Origin: an uncultured Clostridium sp.
Lineage (GTDB): Bacteria; Bacillota; Clostridia; Oscillospirales; Acutalibacteraceae
DNA: 64,000 nucleotides
NCBI GenBank assembly: GCA_964571095.1
Contig: CAZNAC010000003.1
Coordinates: 11,840 to 75,839, forward strand
Direction of reading: 5' to 3'
Numbering within the stretch: position 1 is the first letter of the stretch; every line of letters begins with the position of its first letter. Below the pieces are notes generated by a model that saw only the letters and a list, made by a program, of their open reading frames with translations, was not told the DNA's origin and ran no database searches. Shown one piece after another: positions 36,665-47,561 of this stretch. Made by a program: the position numbers and the translations under genes.

Positions 36665-37555
36665 TTATTTCTTTTTTATTTGCCATTCTTTAATATTTTT
36701 CGCCTGCTCCATCATTGCACAATAGCTCTCGTGACGGGTTTTGCAAATTTCACCATCTTCAACCGCCTTGATTATACGGCATCCTTTATCAACGGTGTGA
36801 AGACAAGTTGAGAATTTGCATTGACCTATATATTTACCAAATTCGGGAAACAAATCGGGAAGCTTATCCTTTAATATTATTTCGGTTTCTTCCGCTTCAA
36901 ACGATGAAAAGCCGGGAGTATCGGCAACATAGCCGCCATCCACCTTAAAAAGCTCGCTGTGACGTGTTGTGTGACGTCCTCTGCCGAGTTTATCGCTTAT
37001 CTCACCGGTTTTAAGTGCAAGCTTCGGATCGATTGCATTAAGCAGTGATGATTTACCAACACCGGAATTACCGCAAAACGCACTGATATGATTATTCAGC
37101 TCACTTTTAATTTCGGCAACACCTTCACCTGTTTTGCAAGAAACGGAATAAGCCTTAAAGCCCGATTTGCGATATATATCTGTATATTCATCCGCATTTT
37201 CCATATCCGTTTTGGTAAAAACTATAATCGGCTCAATCCCTTTTAAAACAGCAAGTGCCATCATCCTGTCAATAATCAACAAAACAGGCTTAGGCTCACA
37301 AACAGATGACACAATAAAAAGCCTGTCAACATTGGCAACGGGAGGTCTTTGGAGAAGCGTTTTCCTTGTGTGAATTTCATCAATGGTATTTTCCGCATTA
37401 CTGTTAATGCTTATAGTTACCATATCGCCCGCAAGAGGTTTGATTCCGGATTTGCGAAAAATTCCCCTCGCCTTGCATTCATATATTTCACCGGCGGCCT
37501 CAACATAATAGAAGCCGCCGATACCTTTAATTATAATTCCGTCAACATTAGACAT
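36665..37555 (-). CDS. rsgA: Ribosome small subunit-dependent GTPase A
   Basis: Circularly permuted GTPase motifs (VFTKTD, GNSGVGKSSLLN) and C-terminal zinc knuckle CKFSTCLHTVDKGC. Confidence 0.92.
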   Translation of the reverse strand: MSNVDGIIIKGIGGFYYVEAAGEIYECKARGIFRKSGIKPLAGDMVTISINSNAENTIDEIHTRKTLLQRPPVANVDRLFIVSSVCEPKPVLLIIDRMMALAVLKGIEPIIVFTKTDMENADEYTDIYRKSGFKAYSVSCKTGEGVAEIKSELNNHISAFCGNSGVGKSSLLNAIDPKLALKTGEISDKLGRGRHTTRHSELFKVDGGYVADTPGFSSFEAEETEIILKDKLPDLFPEFGKYIGQCKFSTCLHTVDKGCRIIKAVEDGEICKTRHESYCAMMEQAKNIKEWQIKKK

Positions 37556-37559
37556 TTAA

Positions 37560-39794
37560 TCAAATTCCGTCCTTTTGACCAACAGTGAGTGTGATTTGAG
37601 TGTTTACATCGTAGGTTTGAGTTAATCCCATAATTCCGGATGCTGTTGCGGAGGGATCTTGAGAAATAACAACACCGTTATCTGCATCGGTATGCACCAC
37701 AACATAATTAATATGAATATTCGATGAGTTGAAACCTGCGGCAACAAGCGTTGCAACCGCTTGATTCTGTGTCATACCAAGTACGCTCGGCATTTGCTTG
37801 CGTCCCGAAACAACAACCGTATTCTGCGAAGAATACATTCCGTTTGTAACAACGGCGGGATTCTTGGTGAAGTCTACCGTGCAAGTATAATATTCGCTAT
37901 TATTGATATATATTTTAACGGAAACATCACTGCCGCTTCCGGAAACGGTAAACGGATAGGGACTTCCATCAAGAAGGAGCGATTTGCTGACAATTGATTC
38001 ATTGTTAACAAAAACCTCAAAATTACCTCTTGAACCGGAGGACGGAAGATTGATTGTTATTGTTGCTTCGGTCGATTTCGGAACACCGTTGCTGATAACA
38101 ATAGATACCTTTGAATTAGGCATTACCTTTTCTCCCGCTTCGGGCGATTGAGAAATAACCGTTCCGGCAGGCTCGCTGCTATTTTCTTCTTTAATATCGG
38201 AATCCAAAACAAGCTGAACCGAATTAATCATTGCCTCTGCCGCCTCAACATCAAAGCCAAGGTTTGCAATTGCCGGAACCTCAACAAGATCCTCGTTGCT
38301 TGCATAATAAACAATAACAACTGTTCCGCTGTCAACCTCTGTATCAACTTCAGGATCGGTTTTTAAAACCGTTCCGAATTCTTCGGTAAGACTGAGGAGC
38401 GGAGTAAGTCTTACGGTTAAGCCTTTGTTTTCAAGAGTTTGCTTTGCAAGCTCATAGCCATAGCCTACAACGGGAGGAATAACAACCTTTTGCTCATTCT
38501 GAACAATTGCAAGCTGAACAACATTATTCTTTTTCATTTTCTGACCGCTATCAGGCTCTTGATCAAACACCGTTCCGTTTTCATAAGCACTGTTTGAAAT
38601 TGTGCTTATTTCAAATCTAAAGTCCTTATAATCGGGATTATCCTTAATATCGGTTTCATAGTTATAACCCACAAATTTCGGAACCGTTAATGACTCACCG
38701 CTGAAAACATCGGTAAAGAAATACATAAATGAAAATCCGAGAATCCCGATAACAAGCAATCCGATGATAACACCGATGGCGATTAAGCCGCCCTTGCTTT
38801 TCTTGGGTTCATCATCTTCATTTTCCTCGTTATATGATGAATCGGTTTGAGAAGCAGAGGAAGTATGCGTATTTATTATCGGTTGAGCGGGAACGGTATT
38901 TCCGCTTTTGGGAACAAATTTTGTCGGCTCTGTATCAACAAAAAAATCATGCTGAAAACGAATAGTCGGATTTCTCTTAAATTCTTCTATATCAAGAAGC
39001 ATTTCGGCAGCAGATTGATATCTGTCCTTGCTGTTTTTTTGCATAGCGTGCATCACAATCTGCTCAAGACCTACGGGAATGCTGCTGTTAAGCTCTCTGG
39101 GCTTTATCGGATCGCTTTGGAGCTGCATAAGTGCAACCGAAACGGAATTGTCCGACTGAAAAGGAAGCTGACCGGTAAGCATTTCGTACAAAACAACACC
39201 TACGGAATAAATATCCGCTCTGTCATCCGTTGCATCGCCCCTTGCTTGTTCGGGACTGATATAGTGAACCGAGCCGATAGCACTGTCGGTCATTGTTTTT
39301 GTATCACTGTAGCTGAATCTTGCTATGCCGAAATCGGTAACTTTAATATTGCCGTTTGAAAGAAGCATAATATTTTGAGGCTTAATATCACGATGCACAA
39401 TACCTTTATCATGAGCGTGCTGAAGTGCTCTCAAAATTTGAATTGTAAAATGAACCGTTTCTTTAATGCCGAGTCTACGCTGCTGCTCAATATACTCCTT
39501 CAATGTTATTCCTTCAACATATTCCATAACAATATATTGAAGCCTGTCACCGTAGCTGACATTATAAACCTTTACTATGTTGGGATGAGAAAGAACGGCA
39601 ATTGCTTTCGATTCATTTTTAAATCTTCGTCTGAATTCTTCATTTGCAAGATATTCATCCTTTAAGATTTTAACCGCAACTGTTCTGTCATCAATATTGT
39701 CATATGCTTTATAGACAACAGCCATACCGCCAACGCCGATAACTTCCTGAATTTCGTATCTGCCGTCAAGTCTTTTGCCGGTATAATTATCCAT
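37560..39794 (-). CDS. prkC: Ser/Thr protein kinase with extracellular PASTA repeats (PrkC/Stk1-type)
   Basis: Hanks kinase motifs (GVGGMAVVYKA, HRDIKPQN, DFG, SPEQ), a single TM, and four PASTA-like repeats with a beta-rich Ig-like insert. Confidence 0.92.
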   Translation of the reverse strand: MDNYTGKRLDGRYEIQEVIGVGGMAVVYKAYDNIDDRTVAVKILKDEYLANEEFRRRFKNESKAIAVLSHPNIVKVYNVSYGDRLQYIVMEYVEGITLKEYIEQQRRLGIKETVHFTIQILRALQHAHDKGIVHRDIKPQNIMLLSNGNIKVTDFGIARFSYSDTKTMTDSAIGSVHYISPEQARGDATDDRADIYSVGVVLYEMLTGQLPFQSDNSVSVALMQLQSDPIKPRELNSSIPVGLEQIVMHAMQKNSKDRYQSAAEMLLDIEEFKRNPTIRFQHDFFVDTEPTKFVPKSGNTVPAQPIINTHTSSASQTDSSYNEENEDDEPKKSKGGLIAIGVIIGLLVIGILGFSFMYFFTDVFSGESLTVPKFVGYNYETDIKDNPDYKDFRFEISTISNSAYENGTVFDQEPDSGQKMKKNNVVQLAIVQNEQKVVIPPVVGYGYELAKQTLENKGLTVRLTPLLSLTEEFGTVLKTDPEVDTEVDSGTVVIVYYASNEDLVEVPAIANLGFDVEAAEAMINSVQLVLDSDIKEENSSEPAGTVISQSPEAGEKVMPNSKVSIVISNGVPKSTEATITINLPSSGSRGNFEVFVNNESIVSKSLLLDGSPYPFTVSGSGSDVSVKIYINNSEYYTCTVDFTKNPAVVTNGMYSSQNTVVVSGRKQMPSVLGMTQNQAVATLVAAGFNSSNIHINYVVVHTDADNGVVISQDPSATASGIMGLTQTYDVNTQITLTVGQKDGI

Positions 39795-39832
39795 ATATAA
39801 ACATTCCTTTCAAATTACAAGTCAAATAATAA

Positions 39833-40561
39833 TCAGTAGGTTACGCAGACAACCGTTACATTGTCTCCGCCACCGTTTTGATTTGCAAGATTAACAAGTC
39901 TGTCAGCATATTTATAATAACAGCCGTCGCTTGTAAGCTTAAGAATATCTTCCGGTGAAGAAAAATTTGTAAGTCCGTCCGAACAGAGAATCAAAATATC
40001 TCCGTCATAAAAGGTTTCCTGACAAAAATCGACTTTAATCACATCGTCAACGCCGAGTGCTCTTGTTATAATGTGCTTACTTGGATGGTCAACCGCTTCT
40101 TCGGCGGTTATTTCGCCCTTTTCTATCATATTTTGAACCACCGAATGATCACGGGTAAGCTGAATAAGTTCTCCGTTTGAAACCTTGTATGCTCTGCTGT
40201 CGCCTGCGTGTGCTATGTAAAGAAAAGAATTGGCAACCAAAGTCACAACAGATGTTGTTCCCATACCTTCATATTCTTCGTTCGTTTTTGAAAGGTTATA
40301 AATATGCTTATTGGCATTCTCGATTGCCGATAACAGCAGGCTTTTTATTGAAAGATCCCTCATATCATCAATATATCTTTCACTGATAAATTCATTTATA
40401 ACCTTCACAGCTTCGGAGCTTGCAAGTGCACCTTCGGCAGCACCTCCCATTCCGTCACACACAACGGCAAGCACTGCTCCGTTCGATAATTCGCAAACAG
40501 AATAAGAATCCTGATTGTTATCACGAACAACACCTTTATCGGTTCTTGCAACAATTTTCAT
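39833..40561 (-). CDS. prpC: Stp1/PrpC-type PP2C Ser/Thr phosphatase
   Basis: Motifs RDNNQDS, VCDGMGG, GDSRAY and CSDGL. It lies upstream of prkC, as is usual. Confidence 0.92.
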   Translation of the reverse strand: MKIVARTDKGVVRDNNQDSYSVCELSNGAVLAVVCDGMGGAAEGALASSEAVKVINEFISERYIDDMRDLSIKSLLLSAIENANKHIYNLSKTNEEYEGMGTTSVVTLVANSFLYIAHAGDSRAYKVSNGELIQLTRDHSVVQNMIEKGEITAEEAVDHPSKHIITRALGVDDVIKVDFCQETFYDGDILILCSDGLTNFSSPEDILKLTSDGCYYKYADRLVNLANQNGGGDNVTVVCVTY

Positions 40562-40563
40562 AC

Positions 40564-41613
40564 TTATTCAACTCCCCTCGTTCGGTTTTTATTTTCTTTT
40601 TGCCTTAGCTGACCGCACGATGCATCGATATCGGAACCGAGTTTTCTACGCACGGTTGCGTTAATTCCGTTTTTTCCGAGAATTTCGGTAAATCTTTCTA
40701 TTCTTTGATGACTGCTCGGCTTAAACGGACTTTCGGCAACTTCATTAACCGGTATAAGATTAATATGACAGAGCATTCCTTTCAGCTTTGAGGCAAGAAG
40801 AAATGCACATTCATCTGAATCATTAACACCGGATAGCATTGAATATTCAAATGAAATTCTTCTTGATGTTTCGGACGAATATTTTCGGCAAGCTTTTAAA
40901 AGCTCATCAACAGAATATTTATTATTAACAGGCATTATGCGGCTACGCAGCTCATCACTCGGAGCGTGAAGCGAAACAGATAAAGTCAGTTGCAGATGCC
41001 GTTCAAGCAATTCATAAATTTTCGGAACGATTCCGCAAGTTGAAAGAGAAATATTTCTCATTGAGATATTAAGACCTTTTTCATCTGTTATCAATTCCAA
41101 AAAACGCATAACATTATCAAAATTATCAAGCGGTTCACCCATACCCATAAGAACGATACGTGATATTCTTTCGCCTAAATTTCTTTGAGCAGCATAAACC
41201 TGCGAAAGAATTTCTCCCGCCGTAAGGCTCCTTTTGTATCCGCCGAGAGTTGATGCACAGAATGCACATCCCATCTTACAGCCTACCTGTGAAGACACGC
41301 AAATAGTGTTGCCGTATTTATATTTCATAACAACACTTTCAACAAAATCTCCGTCATACATCTCAAACAAAAATTTTACCGTGCCGTCAAGCTTTGAAAC
41401 CTGCTTTCTTGCGATTTTGCAGCTATATATCGGAAATGATTCATCAAGCTTTGCTCGAAGCGATTTCGGAAGATTCTGCATTTCGTCATAATCGGAAACA
41501 AGGTGCTTATGAAGCCATTCGTATACCTGCTTTGCACGAAACTTTTGAATATCCTCCGCCGAAAAGCAAGCTGCCATTTCTTCAAATGTCATTGAAAGAA
41601 TATCTTTATTCAT
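40564..41613 (-). CDS. rlmN: 23S rRNA/tRNA (adenine-C2)-methyltransferase, radical SAM
   Basis: Radical SAM CxxxCxxC (GCKMGCAFCAS) and overall RlmN conservation. Confidence 0.92.
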   Translation of the reverse strand: MNKDILSMTFEEMAACFSAEDIQKFRAKQVYEWLHKHLVSDYDEMQNLPKSLRAKLDESFPIYSCKIARKQVSKLDGTVKFLFEMYDGDFVESVVMKYKYGNTICVSSQVGCKMGCAFCASTLGGYKRSLTAGEILSQVYAAQRNLGERISRIVLMGMGEPLDNFDNVMRFLELITDEKGLNISMRNISLSTCGIVPKIYELLERHLQLTLSVSLHAPSDELRSRIMPVNNKYSVDELLKACRKYSSETSRRISFEYSMLSGVNDSDECAFLLASKLKGMLCHINLIPVNEVAESPFKPSSHQRIERFTEILGKNGINATVRRKLGSDIDASCGQLRQKENKNRTRGVE

Positions 41614-42944
41614 TTACTATCTCCGTTTTTACAAAAAGCAGCAACAAAAAATCCGTCTGTTGAGTGAATATGAGGCATAAGAGTAAGGTATTTATCATCG
41701 TCTGCGTATCTTTGCAATTCGGGCATAATCCTTACTGCCGAAAATTCGGGATGCTCTTTCAAAAAGCGATCGCAAACCTCGGAATTTTCTTTCGGATTAA
41801 GAGTACAGGTTGAATAAACGATTCTGCCGCCATCTTTTAAATATTTAATGGAGTTACATAATATACGATACTGCAATTCGGGCAAATTGTCAATATCATT
41901 ACGGCTTTTAAAGCGTATTTCGGGCTTTCTTCTTATTATTCCGAGACCGGAACAGGGAACATCGCAAAGTACTCTGTCGGCAACACCGTAATTTTCATTA
42001 AAAATAGACGCATCTGACAGGTACGAAAAAACATTCTTCAAGCCGAGCCTTTCCGAACCGTTTTTTATAAGCTCAACCCTTGACTGATAAACATCAAACG
42101 CTCTGACGACACCGCTGTTTTCCATCATTTCGGCAACGGTAAATGCTTTGCCGCCCGGTGCGGAGCACATATCAAATATAACTTCATTCGGTTTTGCATC
42201 AAGAGCCTTGCAACAAATTTGAGAAGCGATATCTTGTGCGTGGAACAAGCCTTCTTTAAATGCATCAAGCTGCTCGATTGAACCTGTATTGCTTAGAATC
42301 AACGCATTATCAACCATAGGAGATTTTTCGGAAATAACTCCTTCCTCCGCAAGTCGCCAGATAAGCTCATCGGTTGAAATTTTGGTAGTATTGACTCTGA
42401 CAACAACGCTCGGAGCTTCCAAGGCTTTTTCCGCAAGTGCCACGGCATTATCAAAGCCATACGCATTAATCCAAAGAGAAAGAATCCATTCCGGACACGA
42501 ATACTTTACGGAGAGAAAATCGGGATCCTTTTCATCACCCTCCGGAAGCCTTAATCCGTTATCCGAAACACGGCGAAGCACTGCATTAACAAGTGAAGCG
42601 GCAAAGGATGACTTATTTACCTTTGCAAGATTTACACTTTCATTAACAGCCGCCCTCGACGGTACTTTATCCATAAATAAAAGCTGATATGTACCCATTC
42701 TCAAAATAGTATGCAGCTCCGGCTTGAGCTTTCTTACCGGCTGATTAAGATAAAGACCGAGATTATAATCTATAAGCATTAATCTGTCAAGGGTCCCGTA
42801 AACAATATTGCATATAAACGCTCTGTCACGCTCATCATACCCTTGGTTCTCTTTTAATATACTGTCAACAGCCAAATTGGAATATGCTCCGTCACGATGC
42901 ACTTTAAGCAACGCTTCAAAAGCAGCCTGTCTTGGGTTTTTCAT
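41610..42944 (-). CDS. rsmB: 16S rRNA (cytosine967-C5)-methyltransferase
   Basis: N-terminal NusB-like domain and a C-terminal m5C methyltransferase domain (DMCSAPGGK, DVPCSGLG, TCT). Confidence 0.9.
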   Translation of the reverse strand: MKNPRQAAFEALLKVHRDGAYSNLAVDSILKENQGYDERDRAFICNIVYGTLDRLMLIDYNLGLYLNQPVRKLKPELHTILRMGTYQLLFMDKVPSRAAVNESVNLAKVNKSSFAASLVNAVLRRVSDNGLRLPEGDEKDPDFLSVKYSCPEWILSLWINAYGFDNAVALAEKALEAPSVVVRVNTTKISTDELIWRLAEEGVISEKSPMVDNALILSNTGSIEQLDAFKEGLFHAQDIASQICCKALDAKPNEVIFDMCSAPGGKAFTVAEMMENSGVVRAFDVYQSRVELIKNGSERLGLKNVFSYLSDASIFNENYGVADRVLCDVPCSGLGIIRRKPEIRFKSRNDIDNLPELQYRILCNSIKYLKDGGRIVYSTCTLNPKENSEVCDRFLKEHPEFSAVRIMPELQRYADDDKYLTLMPHIHSTDGFFVAAFCKNGDSK

Positions 42945-42971
42945 ATATTCATATCCTTTCGGGAGGAAAAA

Positions 42972-43661
42972 TCAGTCATTTCTTCTGAAGCGTAAAATAA
43001 GTCTGAGAAGGTTTGCAAGTGCAACAATCATCGATGCAACATATGTCATTGCCGCTGCGATAAGAACTTTTTTGGCACTCGGTACCTCGTCATCCGAAAG
43101 AAGTCCTCTTTCACCGATAACATTAATTGCTCTGCGACTTGCATTCAACTCAACGGGCAAGGTTACAACCTGAAAAAGAGCAATTGCGGAATAAAGAATA
43201 AGTCCGATGGCAATCAGAGGCTCAAAGCCGAAAAAGTAACCGGCAATCGCAAGAGGAATACCGAGAGAAGAACCTAAATTGCAAACGGGAATCAATGAAT
43301 TTCTTATTTTAATCGGCATATAATTCTCTGCGTGCTGGGCAGCGTGACCCGCTTCGTGGCAGGCAATGCCGACTGCCGCAATGCTCGTACTGCCGTAAAC
43401 TCCCTGCGACAGACGAATAACCTTTAATTTGGGATCATAATGGTCGGTAAGCTTTCCCGAAACCTGTTCGATTCTGACATCACTTATTCCGTAATAAGTC
43501 AAAATTGCCTGAGCTGCGTATGCTCCTGTTATTCTTCTTGAATTTTCAACCTTTGAAAATTTGTTATAGGTTGACTTTACCTTAAACTGTGCCCATGCGG
43601 CAAGAATAAGTGCCGGAATAACAAGAATTATATAATAATAATCAACAAAGAAATAAGGCAT
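42972..43661 (-). CDS. YugP-like membrane zinc metallopeptidase
   Basis: HEAGHAAQH (HExxH) and the TM layout are typical of the Zn_peptidase_2/YugP family. Confidence 0.8.
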   Translation of the reverse strand: MPYFFVDYYYIILVIPALILAAWAQFKVKSTYNKFSKVENSRRITGAYAAQAILTYYGISDVRIEQVSGKLTDHYDPKLKVIRLSQGVYGSTSIAAVGIACHEAGHAAQHAENYMPIKIRNSLIPVCNLGSSLGIPLAIAGYFFGFEPLIAIGLILYSAIALFQVVTLPVELNASRRAINVIGERGLLSDDEVPSAKKVLIAAAMTYVASMIVALANLLRLILRFRRND

Positions 43662-43682
43662 ATCTTTTCTCCTTTCGACTCT

Positions 43683-44609
43683 TTATTCAAACACATCTCC
43701 GATATTAATTTTATTACCCCTCATAAAATCTGCACAGCTCATAGCTTTTTTGCCCTCAGGCTGAATTGTCAGTATTTCAATACAGTTCAAATCTCCGCAG
43801 CAAACAACAAGTCGCTTTCCCGATTCAACAACCTCTCCGGCTTTTTTGCCTTTTTCGGAGGTTAAAATACTGCTGTGAATCTTAACCGTTTTACCGTTCA
43901 CCTTGGCATTTGCTGACGGCCAAGGATAAAGCCCTCTGATTTTATTATGAACTTCAGCAGCGGTCAAATTCCAGTCAATAGGTGACAATTCCTTTGAAAG
44001 AATCGGTGCATAAGTAAATTCGTCGTGATTCTGTTTAACGGGATGAAGCTCGTCATTTGCAAGAGCATCAATCGTCTTTTCAAGAACATCTGCACCAAGC
44101 AGCGAAAGCTTATCGTGAAGCTCTTCGGCAGTCATATTTTCAGTTATTTCCGTTTCGGCAGATATCAGCATATCGCCGGTATCAAGTCCCGCATCCATCT
44201 GCATTGATGTTACACCGGTTTTTTTAAATCCGTTTATAATCGACCATTGAATCGGTGCGGCACCTCTAAGCTTGGGAAGCAAGGAAGCGTGAATATTAAT
44301 ACAGCCGTACTTTGGAAATTCAAGTATTTCTTTCGGAAGAATTTTACCGTATGCAACAACAATTACAAGCTCCGGATTTGCTTCTTCAAGCATTTTCAAC
44401 GCCGTTCCGTCTTTCATAACAGCGGGCTGATAAACCGTAATGCCGTTTTCCATAGCAAGAAGCTTAACCGGCGGCGGAGTTAATATCATTTTTCTGCCTT
44501 GAGGTTTATCCGGTTGAGTAAAAACGCCCGTAATCTCGTGACCGCAATCAATAAGCCTTTGTAAGCAAGGAACGGCAAAATCGGGTGTTCCCATAAATAC
44601 TATTCTCAT
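43683..44609 (-). CDS. fmt: Methionyl-tRNA formyltransferase
   Basis: MRIVFMGTPDFAVP, HASLLPKLRGAAPIQW, 308 aa. Confidence 0.93.
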   Translation of the reverse strand: MRIVFMGTPDFAVPCLQRLIDCGHEITGVFTQPDKPQGRKMILTPPPVKLLAMENGITVYQPAVMKDGTALKMLEEANPELVIVVAYGKILPKEILEFPKYGCINIHASLLPKLRGAAPIQWSIINGFKKTGVTSMQMDAGLDTGDMLISAETEITENMTAEELHDKLSLLGADVLEKTIDALANDELHPVKQNHDEFTYAPILSKELSPIDWNLTAAEVHNKIRGLYPWPSANAKVNGKTVKIHSSILTSEKGKKAGEVVESGKRLVVCCGDLNCIEILTIQPEGKKAMSCADFMRGNKINIGDVFE

Positions 44610-45061
44610 TCCGTAAGCTCCTTTTTAATTACCTTTTGAGTAAAAACAATTCCGTCAAGATGGTCTATTTCGTGGCAGAAGCAACGTGCTTTAAGCTCTG
44701 TGCCTTTATAAACGCACCATTTTCCGTTTCTGTCCTGTGCCTTAACTCTGACAACCGCAGGTCGGCATGTTACTCCGGATTCACCCGGCAAAGAAAGACA
44801 GCCCTCCTGAGCAAACTGTTCACCCTCGGCACTCATTATTTCGGGATTGATAAGTTCAATATATCCGTCACCGCAATCGATAACCACAACTCGTCTCAGT
44901 ATGCCAACCTGCACTGCGGCAAGTCCGACTCCGTTTGCGTGATACATAGTTTCTTTCATATCATCAAGAAGCTGCCACAACCGAGCATCAAACTTATCAA
45001 CCTGTCGTGACTTTTTATTTAAAATCGGATCACCTATTTTTACAATATTTCTTATCGCCAT
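44606..45061 (-). CDS. def: Peptide deformylase
   Basis: Motifs GVGLAAVQVG, EGCLS and HEIDH. Start set at ATG 45061, which has AAAGGA upstream. The ORF track starts 6 codons earlier at 45079. Confidence 0.92.
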   Translation of the reverse strand: MAIRNIVKIGDPILNKKSRQVDKFDARLWQLLDDMKETMYHANGVGLAAVQVGILRRVVVIDCGDGYIELINPEIMSAEGEQFAQEGCLSLPGESGVTCRPAVVRVKAQDRNGKWCVYKGTELKARCFCHEIDHLDGIVFTQKVIKKELTE

Positions 45062-45088
45062 TAATGTCAGTCCTTTCATATGTAAAAA

Positions 45089-47527
45089 TCAAGTATTTTC
45101 CGGATTAATGTCCGCATAAAGATTCACTTTTGAAAAGCGGGAATCGGCGCTTGTTTCAATAAGCAATTTAGAAATCATTTTTCTGAATCTTGCCGTATTT
45201 CGGCATTTTATAATTAATCTGTATCTGAATTTTTCATTAACCTTTGCAACACGTGCCGGCATAGGGCCGAGCGCTATAATCTTTTCACCTTTAAATTCAC
45301 CGTTTAAATAATTTTTCAGCATATCAAGAGTTTCTCTTGATGCATTTTTTACCACGGTTTCATTTTCCCCTGAAATTCCGACAACACATAAATCACAATA
45401 CGGAGGATAAACAAGTGCTTTTCGCAATTTTATTTCCGTATCAAAAAAAGCATCGTAATCCTGCTTCGCCGCAAGACGAATTATTTCGTTTTCGGGAGTT
45501 AGCGTTTGAATAATCGCCGTACCTTTGTGTTCTCCTCTGCCTGACCTTCCGACAACCTGCGTAAGCAGAGAAAAAGTTTTTTCAAGACTGCGAAAATCAT
45601 CGTTATAAAGCTGTTGGTCAACGGATATAACGCCAACAAGCGTCACATTCGGAAAATTAAGACCTTTCGCAACCATTTGCGTGCCAATCATTATATCATA
45701 TTCACCTTTTGAAAAGCTATCCAACAGTTTTTCGTGTGAATTTTTACCCGCCGTGGAATCGGTATCCATTCGGAGAATCCTTGCCTGCGGAATAAGCCGC
45801 TTTAAATCATCTTCGATTTTTTGGGTTCCGAAGCCGGAATATCTTACAGAGCTTTCACCGCATTCAGGGCATACGCTTGAAAACGGAACGGAATAACCGC
45901 AATAATGACACATAAGACGGTTATTTGCCGTATGATACGTTAAAGATATACTGCAATGAGGACAACAAATAACACTTCCGCACGAATTACACGCAGCAAA
46001 AGTATTAAAGCCTCGTCTGTTAATCAGAAGAATAGATTGTCTTCCCGCCTCCAAATTCTTTGTGAGACCGTCGAAAAGCGTTTGACTGATGGCTTTACTT
46101 CCCTGTGCCTTTTCCGCCGAACACATATCAACGGTTACAACATCGGGTAAAACTGCATTACCGTATCTCTTATCAAGTCTGCAAAGACTGTATTTTCCGC
46201 TAATCGCCGAAGCAAAGCTTTCAACGCTCGGCGTAGCCGAAGCAAGAAGAAGCAAGCATTTATTATATCCGACCCTATATTTTGCAACATCGATTGCGTT
46301 ATATCTCGGTGTCTGCTCGGATTTATATGTATGCTCCTGCTCCTCATCGATAATTATCAAGCCTATATTTTCCGCAGGAGCAAAAACAGCACTTCTTGTT
46401 CCGATAATTATTTTCGCTTCGCCTCTTTTAACTCGCTTCCACTGCTCAAGGCGTTCTCGAACAGAAAGTGCACTGTGAAAAACGGCAATATCATTTCCGT
46501 ATCTTTTGCAAAAAAGAGCTATTGTCTGCGGAGTAAGTCCGATTTCCGGAACCATAACTATAACCGCTTTTCCATCGTCAACTACCTTATCGATAACGCT
46601 CATATAAACAGAGGTTTTGCCGCTTCCGGTAACGCCGTAAAGCAACGACACAGATGAACCGTTCAATTCGGTTCGCTTTGTAAGGCTTTGGTAGGCATTA
46701 TTCTGTTCCTCGGTCAAAAGAATCGGCGTTCTTTCACCCTTTTCGTCCGAAAATCGCGGCAGTGTCATTATTTCACGCTCATAAAATTCGGCAATTCCTT
46801 TTTTTACAAGCGTTTGAGCAACAGCAGGAGTAAGACCGGTAAAATAGCATAATTCTTTAACGGATGCAGAACCGATATCTTTAAGAATATCAACAATTTG
46901 CCGTTGTTTTGAGGTAAGCTTCTGTTCGTTTTCGCTCGGAATAAGACGCATCATCTTAACCGACAAATCGCCGAGATTTCTCATAGCTCCGTAATTGCAC
47001 AGAAGCAATCCCTTTTGAACAAGTGCGGAAAGGGCAGATGAATCTTTCTTTATTCCGAGTGATTTAAAAACAGTATCGCTTTTAACATAAACTTTTCTTT
47101 TTTCAAGAAACCGCATAATCTCTTTTTCGGTTTCGTTAAGCTCCTCTTCGGAATAATCGGGAAGCTCCGGATTAACCGCATAAGATGCAACTATTCTGTG
47201 GTTAATTCCCGTTGGAAGCATCGCCTTTGCAGCCTCATAGAGCGTGCAAAAGGTTCTGTCCTTTATCCATACGGCAAGTGAAAGCATTTCATCATTCAAG
47301 AGCGGTGTCTTATCGAGAACCTCCGAAATTTTTTTCAGTTTTTTTCCGTCCGAATAGTCGGTTGTATCAAAAATTATACCTATGCACTTCTTATTTTTAG
47401 CACCAAAGGGTACGGTTACTCTGCAACCCTTTAAGGCAATATCTTCAAGCTGTTCGGGGATTATATAATCAAATTCTTTGTCAAAGGAAAAGGTTGAAGC
47501 TTCAACGGCAACCTTTGCAAATTTCAT
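45089..47527 (-). CDS. priA: Primosomal protein N' (replication restart helicase)
   Basis: Walker A GVTGSGKT, DEEQ box, Cys-rich zinc-binding insert (CNSCGSVICCPHC...CHYCG...CPECG), 812 aa. Confidence 0.93.
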   Translation of the reverse strand: MKFAKVAVEASTFSFDKEFDYIIPEQLEDIALKGCRVTVPFGAKNKKCIGIIFDTTDYSDGKKLKKISEVLDKTPLLNDEMLSLAVWIKDRTFCTLYEAAKAMLPTGINHRIVASYAVNPELPDYSEEELNETEKEIMRFLEKRKVYVKSDTVFKSLGIKKDSSALSALVQKGLLLCNYGAMRNLGDLSVKMMRLIPSENEQKLTSKQRQIVDILKDIGSASVKELCYFTGLTPAVAQTLVKKGIAEFYEREIMTLPRFSDEKGERTPILLTEEQNNAYQSLTKRTELNGSSVSLLYGVTGSGKTSVYMSVIDKVVDDGKAVIVMVPEIGLTPQTIALFCKRYGNDIAVFHSALSVRERLEQWKRVKRGEAKIIIGTRSAVFAPAENIGLIIIDEEQEHTYKSEQTPRYNAIDVAKYRVGYNKCLLLLASATPSVESFASAISGKYSLCRLDKRYGNAVLPDVVTVDMCSAEKAQGSKAISQTLFDGLTKNLEAGRQSILLINRRGFNTFAACNSCGSVICCPHCSISLTYHTANNRLMCHYCGYSVPFSSVCPECGESSVRYSGFGTQKIEDDLKRLIPQARILRMDTDSTAGKNSHEKLLDSFSKGEYDIMIGTQMVAKGLNFPNVTLVGVISVDQQLYNDDFRSLEKTFSLLTQVVGRSGRGEHKGTAIIQTLTPENEIIRLAAKQDYDAFFDTEIKLRKALVYPPYCDLCVVGISGENETVVKNASRETLDMLKNYLNGEFKGEKIIALGPMPARVAKVNEKFRYRLIIKCRNTARFRKMISKLLIETSADSRFSKVNLYADINPENT

Positions 47528-47561
47528 TTGATTTCACTCCCCTCACATAATTAATGCACTG

